From NCBI GenBank assembly GCA_022706785.1, contig JAKJBW010000002.1:33367-97366 (forward strand): DNA of 64,000 nt. Direction: 5' to 3'. Origin of the DNA: Bacillota bacterium. GTDB lineage: Bacteria; Bacillota; Clostridia; UBA1381; UMGS1253. The position numbers and the translations under genes were made by a program. The stretch's first letter is position 1; every line of letters begins with the position of its first letter. The notes under the pieces are model-generated. The model was not told where the DNA came from. It was given only the letters and a program-made list of their open reading frames with translations, and searched no databases. Shown piece after piece: positions 55,801 to 64,000 of the stretch.

Positions 55801-57369
55801 TTATTTTGCGGCCTGTTTTTTTCTTCTTGAATTGGGGATCAGCAGTTGGCAGCCTTTTTTCGGCCTGCTTTCCTCTTCCAGCTTATTGAGCTCCTTTAGC
55901 TCCTCAACCGTTATTTGATACTTCTTGGCAATGTCCCAGAGCTCATCTGAGCCGGAGGCGAAATAGATAATGATTCCATGGCGCATTTGCTCCTGTGCTT
56001 CATCGTCAATGCGGGCGTCAGTCAGCATATGGACGGTTTTGCTTCTTACTGCCTTGGCGCTCAAAATCAGGGAAGCGCGCACCTCAACTTCTCCGCTCAT
56101 GGTGAGGTTATAACCCGCGTGGGCCACTTCCACCTTCACGTCGCAGTCCATGTTTTCCTCAAGGCCGTCAATGTCTATGTTGCAGGTGAACTCCATCTGT
56201 TTCTTGTAGCTGTTAAGCGGCATTATGGCGGACGACGACATGTAGAGCACATAGCAGTCGATGGTTCCGGTCACCACAGCCTTGCCCTTCTGCGCTTTGG
56301 TATCGCTGATATAAGGTTTTGTGATGATATTGTATACCGTGACAATTTCGGGCATATCCTCCGAAAGGCTGATGATTTCACGAAGCGCATGCTGGCACAT
56401 ACCCTGTCCGGCGATTTCGTCAAACTGGAAGTCCTTTCTTTCGCAAACCATGTTGCGTCCCGGGCAAAAACAGTCCGACACCACTTCCATTACGGAATCC
56501 TGCGTCACCGTCACATTTACGCCAAACGTCAATTCAATGTCAATGAGCCTCATATCGCCGTCAACATCCACTCTGGGGTCAAATTCGCACTGGCATATCC
56601 ACATATCCATGTCGCAGACGGCGTTTTCTCTGGCGCCGTCCACATCAATGACCTCGGTGAAGGGCACCTCATGCTCCATAAACTCTATCATATTTTCGGT
56701 TGAAATATACAGCGTGCATAGCGTAACCGTGCCTTTGATCACGATTTTGCCCGTCACCATACGGGTATCCTTATCGGTTATTTTGGCGTCCATCTTCAAA
56801 ACGCTGACGGCCGACGGCTTCCCTGCCGGGAAGTCTAACGTTTCCTTGAGCATAAACTTTGTGTGGCCGGAAGAAACGATGTTATAAAGGCTTATATTGT
56901 CCTTGCGCATCTCTACGGGCTGCGTATCCTCAATATCCTTTACCAGCTCCAGCATATTTTCATGCATGCATCTGCTTTGGACCTCCACCACAACACGCAC
57001 GGACATCTTGCGGGAGTTGAGCATGTTAAAATCTACGCGGCCTACGTCAACCTCCACTATGCATTTGCTGTCGGGCGTAATGGCGGAATTTTCGATCTGG
57101 CTGTTAAACTCCATCACAGAAGAAATGCTTGCCACAGGCTGCTCCGACTCCTCGGGCACATAAAGGATCTTTAAATTGACCTTTCCTGAGATGTCTGCAA
57201 CGCCGTTGCCCGTCATCACATTGTCAGCCATTGCAGTAGCGTCTATCTGGAGGATTTTAGCCATATCCGGACGGATATCGGGTACGATAATATCCCCTTC
57301 CACCAAAAACTGTGAGAAGTCGCGCATGACCGTTTCATTTATAGATACTGCTTCCTTATTAAGCTGCAT
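55801..57369 (-). CDS. DUF3794-repeat protein with a C-terminal LysM domain (SipL-like sporulation protein)
   Basis: The repeated beta-rich modules begin like DUF3794 proteins (FLVEGDIIVPDIRPDMAKILQ). The C-terminus IIIYFASGSDELWDIAKKYQITVEELKELNKL is LysM-like. C. difficile SipL has this architecture. Confidence 0.6.
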   Translation of the reverse strand: MQLNKEAVSINETVMRDFSQFLVEGDIIVPDIRPDMAKILQIDATAMADNVMTGNGVADISGKVNLKILYVPEESEQPVASISSVMEFNSQIENSAITPDSKCIVEVDVGRVDFNMLNSRKMSVRVVVEVQSRCMHENMLELVKDIEDTQPVEMRKDNISLYNIVSSGHTKFMLKETLDFPAGKPSAVSVLKMDAKITDKDTRMVTGKIVIKGTVTLCTLYISTENMIEFMEHEVPFTEVIDVDGARENAVCDMDMWICQCEFDPRVDVDGDMRLIDIELTFGVNVTVTQDSVMEVVSDCFCPGRNMVCERKDFQFDEIAGQGMCQHALREIISLSEDMPEIVTVYNIITKPYISDTKAQKGKAVVTGTIDCYVLYMSSSAIMPLNSYKKQMEFTCNIDIDGLEENMDCDVKVEVAHAGYNLTMSGEVEVRASLILSAKAVRSKTVHMLTDARIDDEAQEQMRHGIIIYFASGSDELWDIAKKYQITVEELKELNKLEEESRPKKGCQLLIPNSRRKKQAAK

Positions 57370-57685
57370 TGCCTTGCCCCCTCCTTATTCTGCCCAAATG
57401 CAGGTACCGCTTTGGGCATGGTTTTAAAAATAACAGGCTGTTTTCGTTGCTGCCGGCAGACATAAAGGCTATCGTTTGCCCTTAAAACCGGCAGTACTGG
57501 ACTTGCCTTTTGTAGATTTATATGAAGGCGTAGGGACAATTATGACTTTATAGTTTATTTTTTATATCATAAGGCCCGGTTTTTATTTCTCTCCCACTTT
57601 AAAAAGTATGTGTTATATAGTATAATAGACGCAGTTTATAAGATTGGTTTGGCCCGGCCGTCCGGAACAACAAAGGAGATTGCAT

Positions 57686-58411
57686 ATGCTTAGAATTACT
57701 GTTTACAATGAGTTTATTCATGAACGCAAACACGAAAGATGCAAAGCCGTTTATCCCGACGGCATCCATGCGGTCATTGCCGATTTTGTCAGCAAAGGCC
57801 TTGACTGCTCGGTTCGCACCTTTACCGTGGACAATGTCAATACCGAACTGACAGAAGAAGTCCTGGCGCAGACCGATGTGCTTATCTGGTGGGGACATGT
57901 GGCACATAATAAAGTATCCGACGAAGTGGCGCAGATGGTTAAGCTGCAGGTGCTTTCAGGCATGGGTGCCATATTTTTGCACTCGGCGCATCTGGCAAAA
58001 CCATTTGTGCAGCTGATGGGCACTACGTGCTTCCTCAGATGGCGTGAAGCGGATGAGAGCGAACGTTTATGGGTATGCAATCCGGGTCATCCTATTGCAA
58101 ACGGTATCGGGCCCTGTATTGAGCTTGCCTGTGAGGAAACCTATGGCGAGCACTTTGACATCCCCACACCCGACGATTTGGTGTTTATCGGGTGGTTTAA
58201 GGGCGGCAATGTCTTTCGCAGCGGCTGCGCTTACCGGCGCGGTATGGGCAAGATATTTTATTTTCAGCCGGGCCACGAAACGTATCCCACCTATAAAAAT
58301 CCTGAAATTCAGAAGGTCATTTTAAATGCCATCGGGTGGGCCGCTCCTGTGCGCAGGGCCGATAAGCTGGAATGCCCCCATGAGGTCATTGCGCCGGAGG
58401 CACAAAGCTGA
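57686..58411 (+). CDS. ThuA-domain (trehalose utilisation-like) protein
   Basis: MLRITVYNEF.HE..., DVLIWWGH..H..V, and FYFQPGHETYP resemble ThuA-like class I glutamine amidotransferase-fold proteins. AAGGAG RBS. Confidence 0.6.
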   Translation: MLRITVYNEFIHERKHERCKAVYPDGIHAVIADFVSKGLDCSVRTFTVDNVNTELTEEVLAQTDVLIWWGHVAHNKVSDEVAQMVKLQVLSGMGAIFLHSAHLAKPFVQLMGTTCFLRWREADESERLWVCNPGHPIANGIGPCIELACEETYGEHFDIPTPDDLVFIGWFKGGNVFRSGCAYRRGMGKIFYFQPGHETYPTYKNPEIQKVILNAIGWAAPVRRADKLECPHEVIAPEAQS

Positions 58412-58514
58412 GCTTTTCACGGCCATCTGCTTTTCAAAGACCATATCTGACGCATGGAACATGGTAAATACATAAAAACCAAAGGGAAAGCTTGCGGGGT
58501 TTTTAGGGCCTTGG

Positions 58515-58629
58515 GCCGCTGAATAGCCGCCCTCAGACGGCGAAATTTTAAACGTTCACACGGTTTTTTCCTGGTTACTTTCTTTTTGCGACAAAAAGAA
58601 AGTAAGGTTTTGTTTTTATACGTCAGCCG
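58515..58629 (+). repeat. promoter-proximal composite repeat, copy B
   Basis: It reads GCCGCCCTCAGACGGCGAAATTT...CTTTCTTTTTGCGACAAAAAGAAAGTAAGGTTTTG...ACGTCAGCCG, the reverse complement of the copy A/C blocks. Confidence 0.75.
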
Positions 58630-58649
58630 TACTGCTGCCCCTGTATTTA

Positions 58650-58679
58650 TTGACAGTGCGTCCGCTTTTATGTGATAAT
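58650..58679 (+). promoter_or_regulatory. sigma-A-type promoter upstream of recD2
   Basis: TTGACA, 18-nt spacer, TGtGATAAT (extended -10). Confidence 0.55.
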
Positions 58680-58692
58680 ATAGGCGGATGCT

Positions 58693-60960
58693 ATGTTATT
58701 TGAAAGGACGACGGTTTTCGTGCAGGTTGTGACTATTGAAGGCGTGGTAGAGGAAATCATATATTGCAATTATCAAAACGGTTATACCGTTTGCGCCGTC
58801 GATACCGCGCAGGAGGTGGTGACCGTTACGGGCTATATCCCCTATCTTTGTGAGGGTGAGAATGTTAAGCTGGCCGGCCGTTTTACCAATCATCCTGAAT
58901 ATGGCAGACAGTTTGCCGCGCAGTATTACGAAAAGACCCTGCCCACCACGTCCGCCGCAATTTTGCGGTACCTGGCCTCAGGGGTTGTAAAAGGCATACG
59001 CCTTGCCACAGCAAAAAAAATAGTAGATACCTTTGGCGATGATTCGCTGACCGTGCTGATGGCCGCCCCTGAAAGGCTTGCGCAAATCAAAGGCATCAGC
59101 AAGGCAAAGGCGCTTGAAATAGGGGAAGCATATGCAAAGCAGCAGGGCGCGCAAAGCATTATCATGTTTTTGCAGCAATACGGCGTCAGTCCTTCGGTTG
59201 CACTCAAGGTGTTCCGCCGGTTTGGCGCGGACGCCGTGAATTATATCAAGGACAACCCTTTCCTTTTGGCGGACGAAATAGGCGGAGTCAGCTTTCAGAC
59301 CGCCGACAGGATCGCTTTGGCCATGGGGGTTGAAAAAAACAGCATAAGCCGCATCAAGGCCGGCGTGAAATATATCCTCGCCCATAATGCCATGACAAAC
59401 GGGCACACCTATGTTCCGTTTGACGATCTTGTCTATACGGCGGTGTCCATGCTGGGGGTGGACATTGCTGAAGCGGAGCGCGCCATACGCAGATTGAGCC
59501 TTGAGCAGCAAACGCATACCGAAACCATTGACGGCAACGAGGCAGTGTTTTTGATGCCCGTTTATATGGCCGAGGGCATTGTGGCAAAAAAGCTGTGCGC
59601 GCTTGCCCTGGCCGGGCCGCTTTGCAGTCCGGACCAGGCGGAAAGCCTGATCGGTGAAGCGCTTGACAACATGGCGCTCGAGCTGGCCTGCGAGCAAAAA
59701 AAAGCGGTGCTGGCCGCACTGCAAAACGGCGTTATAGTATTGACGGGCGGTCCGGGTACCGGAAAAACCACAATCGTCAATACCATCATTCAAATCATGC
59801 AAAAAATGGGGTTTTCAGTTGCTTTGGCCGCGCCTACGGGCCGGGCGGCAAAGCGTGCGCGTGAGCTGACGGGCGCCTGCGCAAAGACCATCCACAGGCT
59901 TTTGGAAATAGGCTACACCGACGATGAAAACGTGCAGAACTTTATGCGCGACGAAACCAATCCTTTAGATGAAGACGTTATTATTATTGATGAAGCCAGC
60001 ATGCTGGATATTCCCCTGGCGGGCTCGCTTATGCGTGCCATACGCCCGGACGCAAGACTTATTCTGGTAGGCGATAACGACCAGCTTGCGCCTGTGGGGC
60101 CGGGTAATCTACTGGGGGACGTTATTGCCAGCGGCGCAGTTGCCACCATACGGCTTACCCAGATTTACCGTCAGGCGGCCGAAAGCGATATCGTGCAAAA
60201 CGCGCACCGGATCATCCACGGGGAAAGGCCAAGGTGGGGCAGCCGGGATTCGGATTTCTTTTTCATGCCCCGCCCGGATGCCGCCTGCGCCGCCGCTGAG
60301 GTTACCCGGCTGTGCCAAACCCGCCTGCCGTCGTCCTACGGCTACGACCCTCTGCGCCAGATACAGGTGCTTTCCGCTATGAAAAAGGGTCCGGCCGGGG
60401 TGAAAAACTTAAATAAGCTCCTGCAGCAGGCCTTAAACCCCGCCGCTTCCGGCAAAGCGGAAAGGGCGTTTGGCGATACCGTCTATCGTGAGGGCGATAA
60501 GGTGATGCAGATAAAGAACAACTACGACATCAGGTGGGAAAGCATGGCGGGGAGCGAGGCGGGGACAGGGGTTTTCAACGGGGATATGGGGTTTATAGAG
60601 CGGCTTGATGCGGAAAATAAACAGATAACAGTGGTTTATGACGAGGAACGCCGCGTTACCTATGACTTTGCCCAGCTCGAAGAGCTTGACCTTGCCTATG
60701 CCGTCACCGTCCATAAAAGCCAGGGCAGTGAGTTTGACGCGGTGGTCATGCCCGTCTACCACGCAGCGCCCATGCTGATGCGGCGCAAGCTACTCTACAC
60801 TGCTGTAACGCGTGCCAAAAAGCTTGTTGTCCTTGTGGGCAGTGAGTCCGGTATGAACGCCTGTGTGGAAAACGCCGGCGAGCAGGGCAGATTCACCGGA
60901 CTTAAAGCAAGGCTCCAAAACCGGGAGGCCGCTGGCGCCTTACCCGGCCCAGCACAGTAA
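58693..60960 (+). CDS. recD2: RecD2-type SF1B ATP-dependent DNA helicase
   Basis: Walker A LTGGPGTGKTT, DEASMLD, LILVGDNDQLAPVGPG, and C-terminal YAVTVHKSQGSEF. Because the promoter is so close, the true start may be the GTG at 58720. Confidence 0.85.
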   Translation: MLFERTTVFVQVVTIEGVVEEIIYCNYQNGYTVCAVDTAQEVVTVTGYIPYLCEGENVKLAGRFTNHPEYGRQFAAQYYEKTLPTTSAAILRYLASGVVKGIRLATAKKIVDTFGDDSLTVLMAAPERLAQIKGISKAKALEIGEAYAKQQGAQSIIMFLQQYGVSPSVALKVFRRFGADAVNYIKDNPFLLADEIGGVSFQTADRIALAMGVEKNSISRIKAGVKYILAHNAMTNGHTYVPFDDLVYTAVSMLGVDIAEAERAIRRLSLEQQTHTETIDGNEAVFLMPVYMAEGIVAKKLCALALAGPLCSPDQAESLIGEALDNMALELACEQKKAVLAALQNGVIVLTGGPGTGKTTIVNTIIQIMQKMGFSVALAAPTGRAAKRARELTGACAKTIHRLLEIGYTDDENVQNFMRDETNPLDEDVIIIDEASMLDIPLAGSLMRAIRPDARLILVGDNDQLAPVGPGNLLGDVIASGAVATIRLTQIYRQAAESDIVQNAHRIIHGERPRWGSRDSDFFFMPRPDAACAAAEVTRLCQTRLPSSYGYDPLRQIQVLSAMKKGPAGVKNLNKLLQQALNPAASGKAERAFGDTVYREGDKVMQIKNNYDIRWESMAGSEAGTGVFNGDMGFIERLDAENKQITVVYDEERRVTYDFAQLEELDLAYAVTVHKSQGSEFDAVVMPVYHAAPMLMRRKLLYTAVTRAKKLVVLVGSESGMNACVENAGEQGRFTGLKARLQNREAAGALPGPAQ

Positions 60961-60968
60961 AGGAGGCT

Positions 60969-61682
60969 GTGATACCGTTGAAATGGCTCAATATCCTTGC
61001 CGATATGTTTTTCCCGCCCAAGTGCATGTTCTGCCGCTGCGATCTGCCCGCGCCAAGCAAGCTCCTGGCTTGTGAGCGCTGCCTTAGAACCCTGCCCTTT
61101 ACCCAAAACGACGGTTGCTTTGGGGGCGTAGGCGATATTTCCTATGTGATCGCTCCCTTTTTCTACACAGATCCGGTCAAGACCGCTGTCAGGCGCTATA
61201 AATTTCACCCTTGCAAGGTGTATTCGGACAGTCTTTCGTTTTTCCTTGGCAGCTATCTTGCAAAAGTGGCGGATATGAAAGCCATAGACATAGTGACTTG
61301 TGTCCCGGTCGGTGCAAGACGCAGACGGCAGCGCGGTTTTGATCAGTCCGAGCTGATAGCCAGACACGTAGCGGATATGCTTGATCTTAAGTGCGATACG
61401 GATATGTTGATACGCTTGCGCAATACCAGAAGGCAGAGCCGCCTCTCGCGTTTTGACCGCGCTTTAAACGTGGCCGATGCGTTTGGCTGTGTGCAGGCCG
61501 CAGAAGACATGACCGTTCTTTTGATAGACGACATTTACACAACGGGCGCGACAGCCTTAAATTGTGCCAAGGCGCTTAAAAGAGCGGGGGCGAAGAAGAT
61601 TATCCTCGGTGTGCTGGCAACTGCTTCCAAACAGACGGAATATGAGAAAATGAGTAATAAGATTCCATTAATCCGAGCATAA
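60969..61682 (+). CDS. comFC: ComF family protein (zinc ribbon plus phosphoribosyltransferase domain)
   Basis: CMFCRC...CERC double zinc ribbon and the PRTase motif VLLIDDIYTTGAT. Confidence 0.8.
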   Translation: MIPLKWLNILADMFFPPKCMFCRCDLPAPSKLLACERCLRTLPFTQNDGCFGGVGDISYVIAPFFYTDPVKTAVRRYKFHPCKVYSDSLSFFLGSYLAKVADMKAIDIVTCVPVGARRRRQRGFDQSELIARHVADMLDLKCDTDMLIRLRNTRRQSRLSRFDRALNVADAFGCVQAAEDMTVLLIDDIYTTGATALNCAKALKRAGAKKIILGVLATASKQTEYEKMSNKIPLIRA

Positions 61683-61702
61683 TATCATCGAGGTGATAAA
61701 AT

Positions 61703-61933
61703 ATGTCAAAAAATTATAGGAAAAGCAGACTTCTGGTTCCGCAGGCTTATGATACCATGACAAAATTCAAGCTGGAGGTTGCTGGTGAAATCGGCCGGTT
61801 AGATTTCTGCAAAGAAAACAACGATCATTATAAGGGCGATCAGACCGCCCGGCAGAACGGCTCTGAGGGCGGCCCTATCGGCGGAGAGATGGTACGGCGT
61901 ATGATCGCTCAGTATCAAAACCAGATGCAATAG
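61703..61933 (+). CDS. alpha/beta-type small acid-soluble spore protein
   Basis: LVPQA...M.KFKLEVAGEIG and QNGSEGGPIGGEMVRRMI match the two conserved SASP blocks, with a longer linker than usual. Confidence 0.7.
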   Translation: MSKNYRKSRLLVPQAYDTMTKFKLEVAGEIGRLDFCKENNDHYKGDQTARQNGSEGGPIGGEMVRRMIAQYQNQMQ

Positions 61934-61977
61934 TAAAAAAACCGGCAAAGCCGGTGCCCATCTTGTCTACAGACACA

Positions 61978-62012
61978 GCAAAGCCGCAGGAATCTGTGCC
62001 CTGCGGCTTTGC
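61978..62012. terminator. hairpin between the convergent SASP and metA genes
   Basis: GCAAAGCCGCAGG-AATCTGTGC-CCTGCGGCTTTGC. Confidence 0.5.
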
Positions 62013-62184
62013 TGTGCCCTGATACTATCTCCAACAGAAAGTGCGATAAGCTTTCCGAGGATTTTCCCAGCCGGGCAAGGCTGACAATGCAGGCGGGCTG
62101 TCGCCCGCCAAAGAGGAGAACGCCGCCCGGTGCAAAAAGGCCCCGGAAGATATTGTGATTTCTATTGGATATTAGTATGAAATA

Positions 62185-63102
62185 TTATTTAATATCGTTA
62201 ATATTGTACGGGGTTATCTGATAGACAAAATAATTCAGCCAGTTTGAATACAAAAGGCTTGCATGCGAACGCCAGCGCATGATGGGCGGCCGTGCCGGGT
62301 CGTCGCCCGGATAATAGTTCTTAGGCATTTCGATAGGCAGCCCCCTTTGTCTGTCGCGCATATACTCCTTGTGCAGGGTGTCGGCATCGTATTCTGAGTG
62401 GCCTGTCACAAAGATCTGCTTGCCCGCCTTGGTGAAAACGATATAAACGCCCGCCTCGTCGGACTCTGAAAGTATCTCAAGCTCGTCTACCTTTTCTATA
62501 TCTTCACGGCGCACTGTGGTATGCCTTGAATGCGGCACATAAAACGCACCGTCGAATCCGCGCATAAGCTTGGAGGTTGTGCGGTTAACGCTATGCTCAA
62601 AAACGCCGAACATCTTTTTGTCGAGCGGATACTTAGGTATGCCGTAATGATAATAAAGTCCGGCCTGCGCCCCCCAGCAGATATGGTAAGTAGACGTCAC
62701 GTTAGCAAGCGACCACGCCATGATATCGCACAGCTCGCCCCAATAATCCACTTCTTCAAACGCCATGTTTTCCACAGGCGCGCCGGTGATGATCATACCG
62801 TCGAACTTCTGGTGCTTAATATCGTCAAACGTTTTATAAAAGTTGAGCAGATGCTCCTCGGATGTGTTTTTGGACTTATGGGTACTCATATGGACAAATT
62901 CGATTTCCACCTGCAGCGGCGAATTACTCAAATAGCGCAGAACCTGCGTTTCCGTGACGATTTTTTCAGGCATCAGGTTCACAAACGCCAGCCTCAGCGG
63001 ACGTATGTCCTGCCTGGCCGCCACGGTTTCTGTCATAACAAATATATTTTCACTTTCCAGCTGACTGACAGCAGGCAGCTTATCTGGTATCTTAATCGGC
63101 AT
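62185..63102 (-). CDS. metA: homoserine O-acyltransferase MetA
   Basis: [11 protein letters not shown]...[23 protein letters not shown], and HSRH are the MetA family signature. The start is at 63102 with an AGAGGTGG RBS. Confidence 0.9.
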   Translation of the reverse strand: MPIKIPDKLPAVSQLESENIFVMTETVAARQDIRPLRLAFVNLMPEKIVTETQVLRYLSNSPLQVEIEFVHMSTHKSKNTSEEHLLNFYKTFDDIKHQKFDGMIITGAPVENMAFEEVDYWGELCDIMAWSLANVTSTYHICWGAQAGLYYHYGIPKYPLDKKMFGVFEHSVNRTTSKLMRGFDGAFYVPHSRHTTVRREDIEKVDELEILSESDEAGVYIVFTKAGKQIFVTGHSEYDADTLHKEYMRDRQRGLPIEMPKNYYPGDDPARPPIMRWRSHASLLYSNWLNYFVYQITPYNINDIK

Positions 63103-63183
63103 ACGGCCACCTCTTTTCAAAAATACTGCGCGGTAAAACGGCCTTGCGGCTTTATGCTTTCATCAGGACAAACCGCACAGCCC

Positions 63184-63201
63184 CTTTTGGCGTGGATCGA
63201 C
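63184..63201 (+). repeat. 18-nt motif CTTTTGGCGTGGATCGAC in the metA leader
   Basis: Matches 48006..48023 at 17 of 18 positions, and is the inverse of 47872..47889. Confidence 0.7.
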
Positions 63202-63267
63202 TATAACCACCAATGCAATAAACGCAGAAAAAATAAATGCGATAAGGCGTATCACCCTACCTCATTC

Positions 63268-63297
63268 ATTATAGCAGAATACTATAGTCTTAATCAA
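63268..63297 (-). promoter_or_regulatory. sigma-A-type promoter of metA
   Basis: On the minus strand: TTGATT, 18-nt spacer, TATAAT. It lies about 165 nt upstream of the ATG. Confidence 0.55.
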
Positions 63298-63319
63298 GTG
63301 ATAGTTTCCTAAGCGCACA

Positions 63320-63438
63320 GCTGACGTGTGAAAAAGAAGGCAAAACCTTATTTTTTTTATAGAAAAGAAAATAACAAAGTAAAAGCACTCAAATGTTTAA
63401 GCTTTCGCTGTCTGCGGACAGCGTCAAAGGGCGCTGCC
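63320..63438 (-). repeat. promoter-proximal composite repeat, copy C (most diverged)
   Basis: GCTGACGTGTG...CAAAACCTTATTTTTTTTATAGAAAAGAAAATAACAA...TTTAAGCTTTCGCTGTCTGCGGACAGCG. The hairpin-2 stem carries a compensatory change relative to copy A. Confidence 0.65.
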
Positions 63439-63598
63439 ACCCCAGCACCTGAGATTTAAAAAAATCGGCTGAAAAGTGGGATAATCTTACAAAATATCAA
63501 AAACAGAACCGCTTAAATCAGCGCATTGCACAATTGACGCATCTGCACAGCTGTGTTAAGATAATAGTTAAATAGTAGGCAGGAAGGGAAAATAAGGT

Positions 63599-64000
63599 AT
63601 GGCACGCATAAAAAGCAAAGCTTTGCAGGGGCGCCGTATTTGCAGAATCTTCAGGGCCCGCTGCCGGGTTTATTTCAAAAAAACATGTTTGCTGAGTCTT
63701 GCGCTCATTATTTTAACATGCGCTTTTGCGACGGCGTATACCAGTCCGTATCTTGAGACGCTTACGCCTGATTTATCCGCCGGTGGGGTGGACGTTTATT
63801 CCGCCACATATGCAGGCTCACGGTATTTCATCTGCAAGGACGCGGGCGGTTTGCTGTCCTCTGAAGACGGCGTTTCATGGCACGAGGTTGCCGGCATGGA
63901 CGATGCCTATATTGTGGGCGACGGCAAAACAGAGTCGGAAAAGCTGGTGGTCTTTTCGGGCGATACACTGTATGCCTGCGCTGACGGGCAGACGTTTGAG
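63599..64000 (+). CDS. hypothetical secreted/membrane-anchored protein, N-terminal part (runs off window end)
   Basis: The ATG at 63599 opens a frame to the window end: MARIKSKALQ...LLSLALIILTCAFATAYTSPY... It has a basic N-terminus followed by a hydrophobic segment. Confidence 0.45.
   Translation, partial: MARIKSKALQGRRICRIFRARCRVYFKKTCLLSLALIILTCAFATAYTSPYLETLTPDLSAGGVDVYSATYAGSRYFICKDAGGLLSSEDGVSWHEVAGMDDAYIVGDGKTESEKLVVFSGDTLYACADGQTFE

Noticed and set aside
63103-63300. A SAM (S-box) riboswitch or T-box in the metA leader, and similarly a T-box upstream of hisZ or gltX.
   Set aside because: I could not find the conserved S-box core or the T-box 14-mer (AGGGTGGNACCGCG-like) followed by a terminator. 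The metA leader has no clear intrinsic terminator. A covariance-model scan would be needed to exclude them formally.
43521-63438. The dispersed repeats might be a CRISPR array or its remnants.
   Set aside because: There are only three widely separated copies (roughly 15 kb and 5 kb apart) with no regular repeat-spacer periodicity, and no cas genes are present.

Overview
This window is chromosomal DNA from an endospore-forming Firmicute of Clostridia type. It holds about 70 genes, mostly housekeeping and sporulation loci. These include cotJABC, panBCD, pyrG, a two-component system, prfB-secA, rpsU, ung, hisZ-G-A-IE, gltX, rarA, veg, ctsR-mcsA-mcsB-clpC, a sipL-like gene, recD2, comFC, an alpha/beta SASP gene and metA. 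There are also two large paralogous SLH-domain (S-layer-like) proteins. The main finding is that the spore-coat gene cotJC is split into a 62-codon 5' segment (1976..2162) and a 137-codon 3' segment (14284..14705). A 12.1-kb insertion separates them. It is bounded by a 12-bp direct repeat (ACGATATAGGTA) and carries a large serine recombinase at its left end. Joining the two repeat copies restores an in-frame, full-length CotJC. This matches the architecture of skin/SPbeta-type sporulation intervening elements, which are excised in the mother cell. The cargo has no phage or conjugation genes. It consists of detoxification and repair-type genes (VOC, two nitroreductases, Ogt, MFS, ArsC-like, several DUFs) plus an AT-rich module of orphan genes. 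Other observations: (1) pyrG has a conserved synthase domain, but its glutaminase catalytic Cys and Glu are replaced. (2) A cluster of DnaA boxes lies in a 585-bp intergenic region with no dnaA nearby. (3) A composite ~115-bp repeat occurs three times, each at a fixed 29-30 nt upstream of the -35 of a sigma-A-type promoter (hisZ, recD2, metA); one copy carries a nested 160-bp palindrome. (4) An 18-nt motif is shared by the rarA and metA leaders. (5) A terminator/antiterminator-like leader precedes panBCD. (6) hisA appears to start at ATT. (7) One nitroreductase gene has an in-frame TGA. (8) The 5' end of ogt is partially duplicated. I saw no rRNA, tRNA or CRISPR array. All family assignments come from reading motifs by eye, and no database search was possible.
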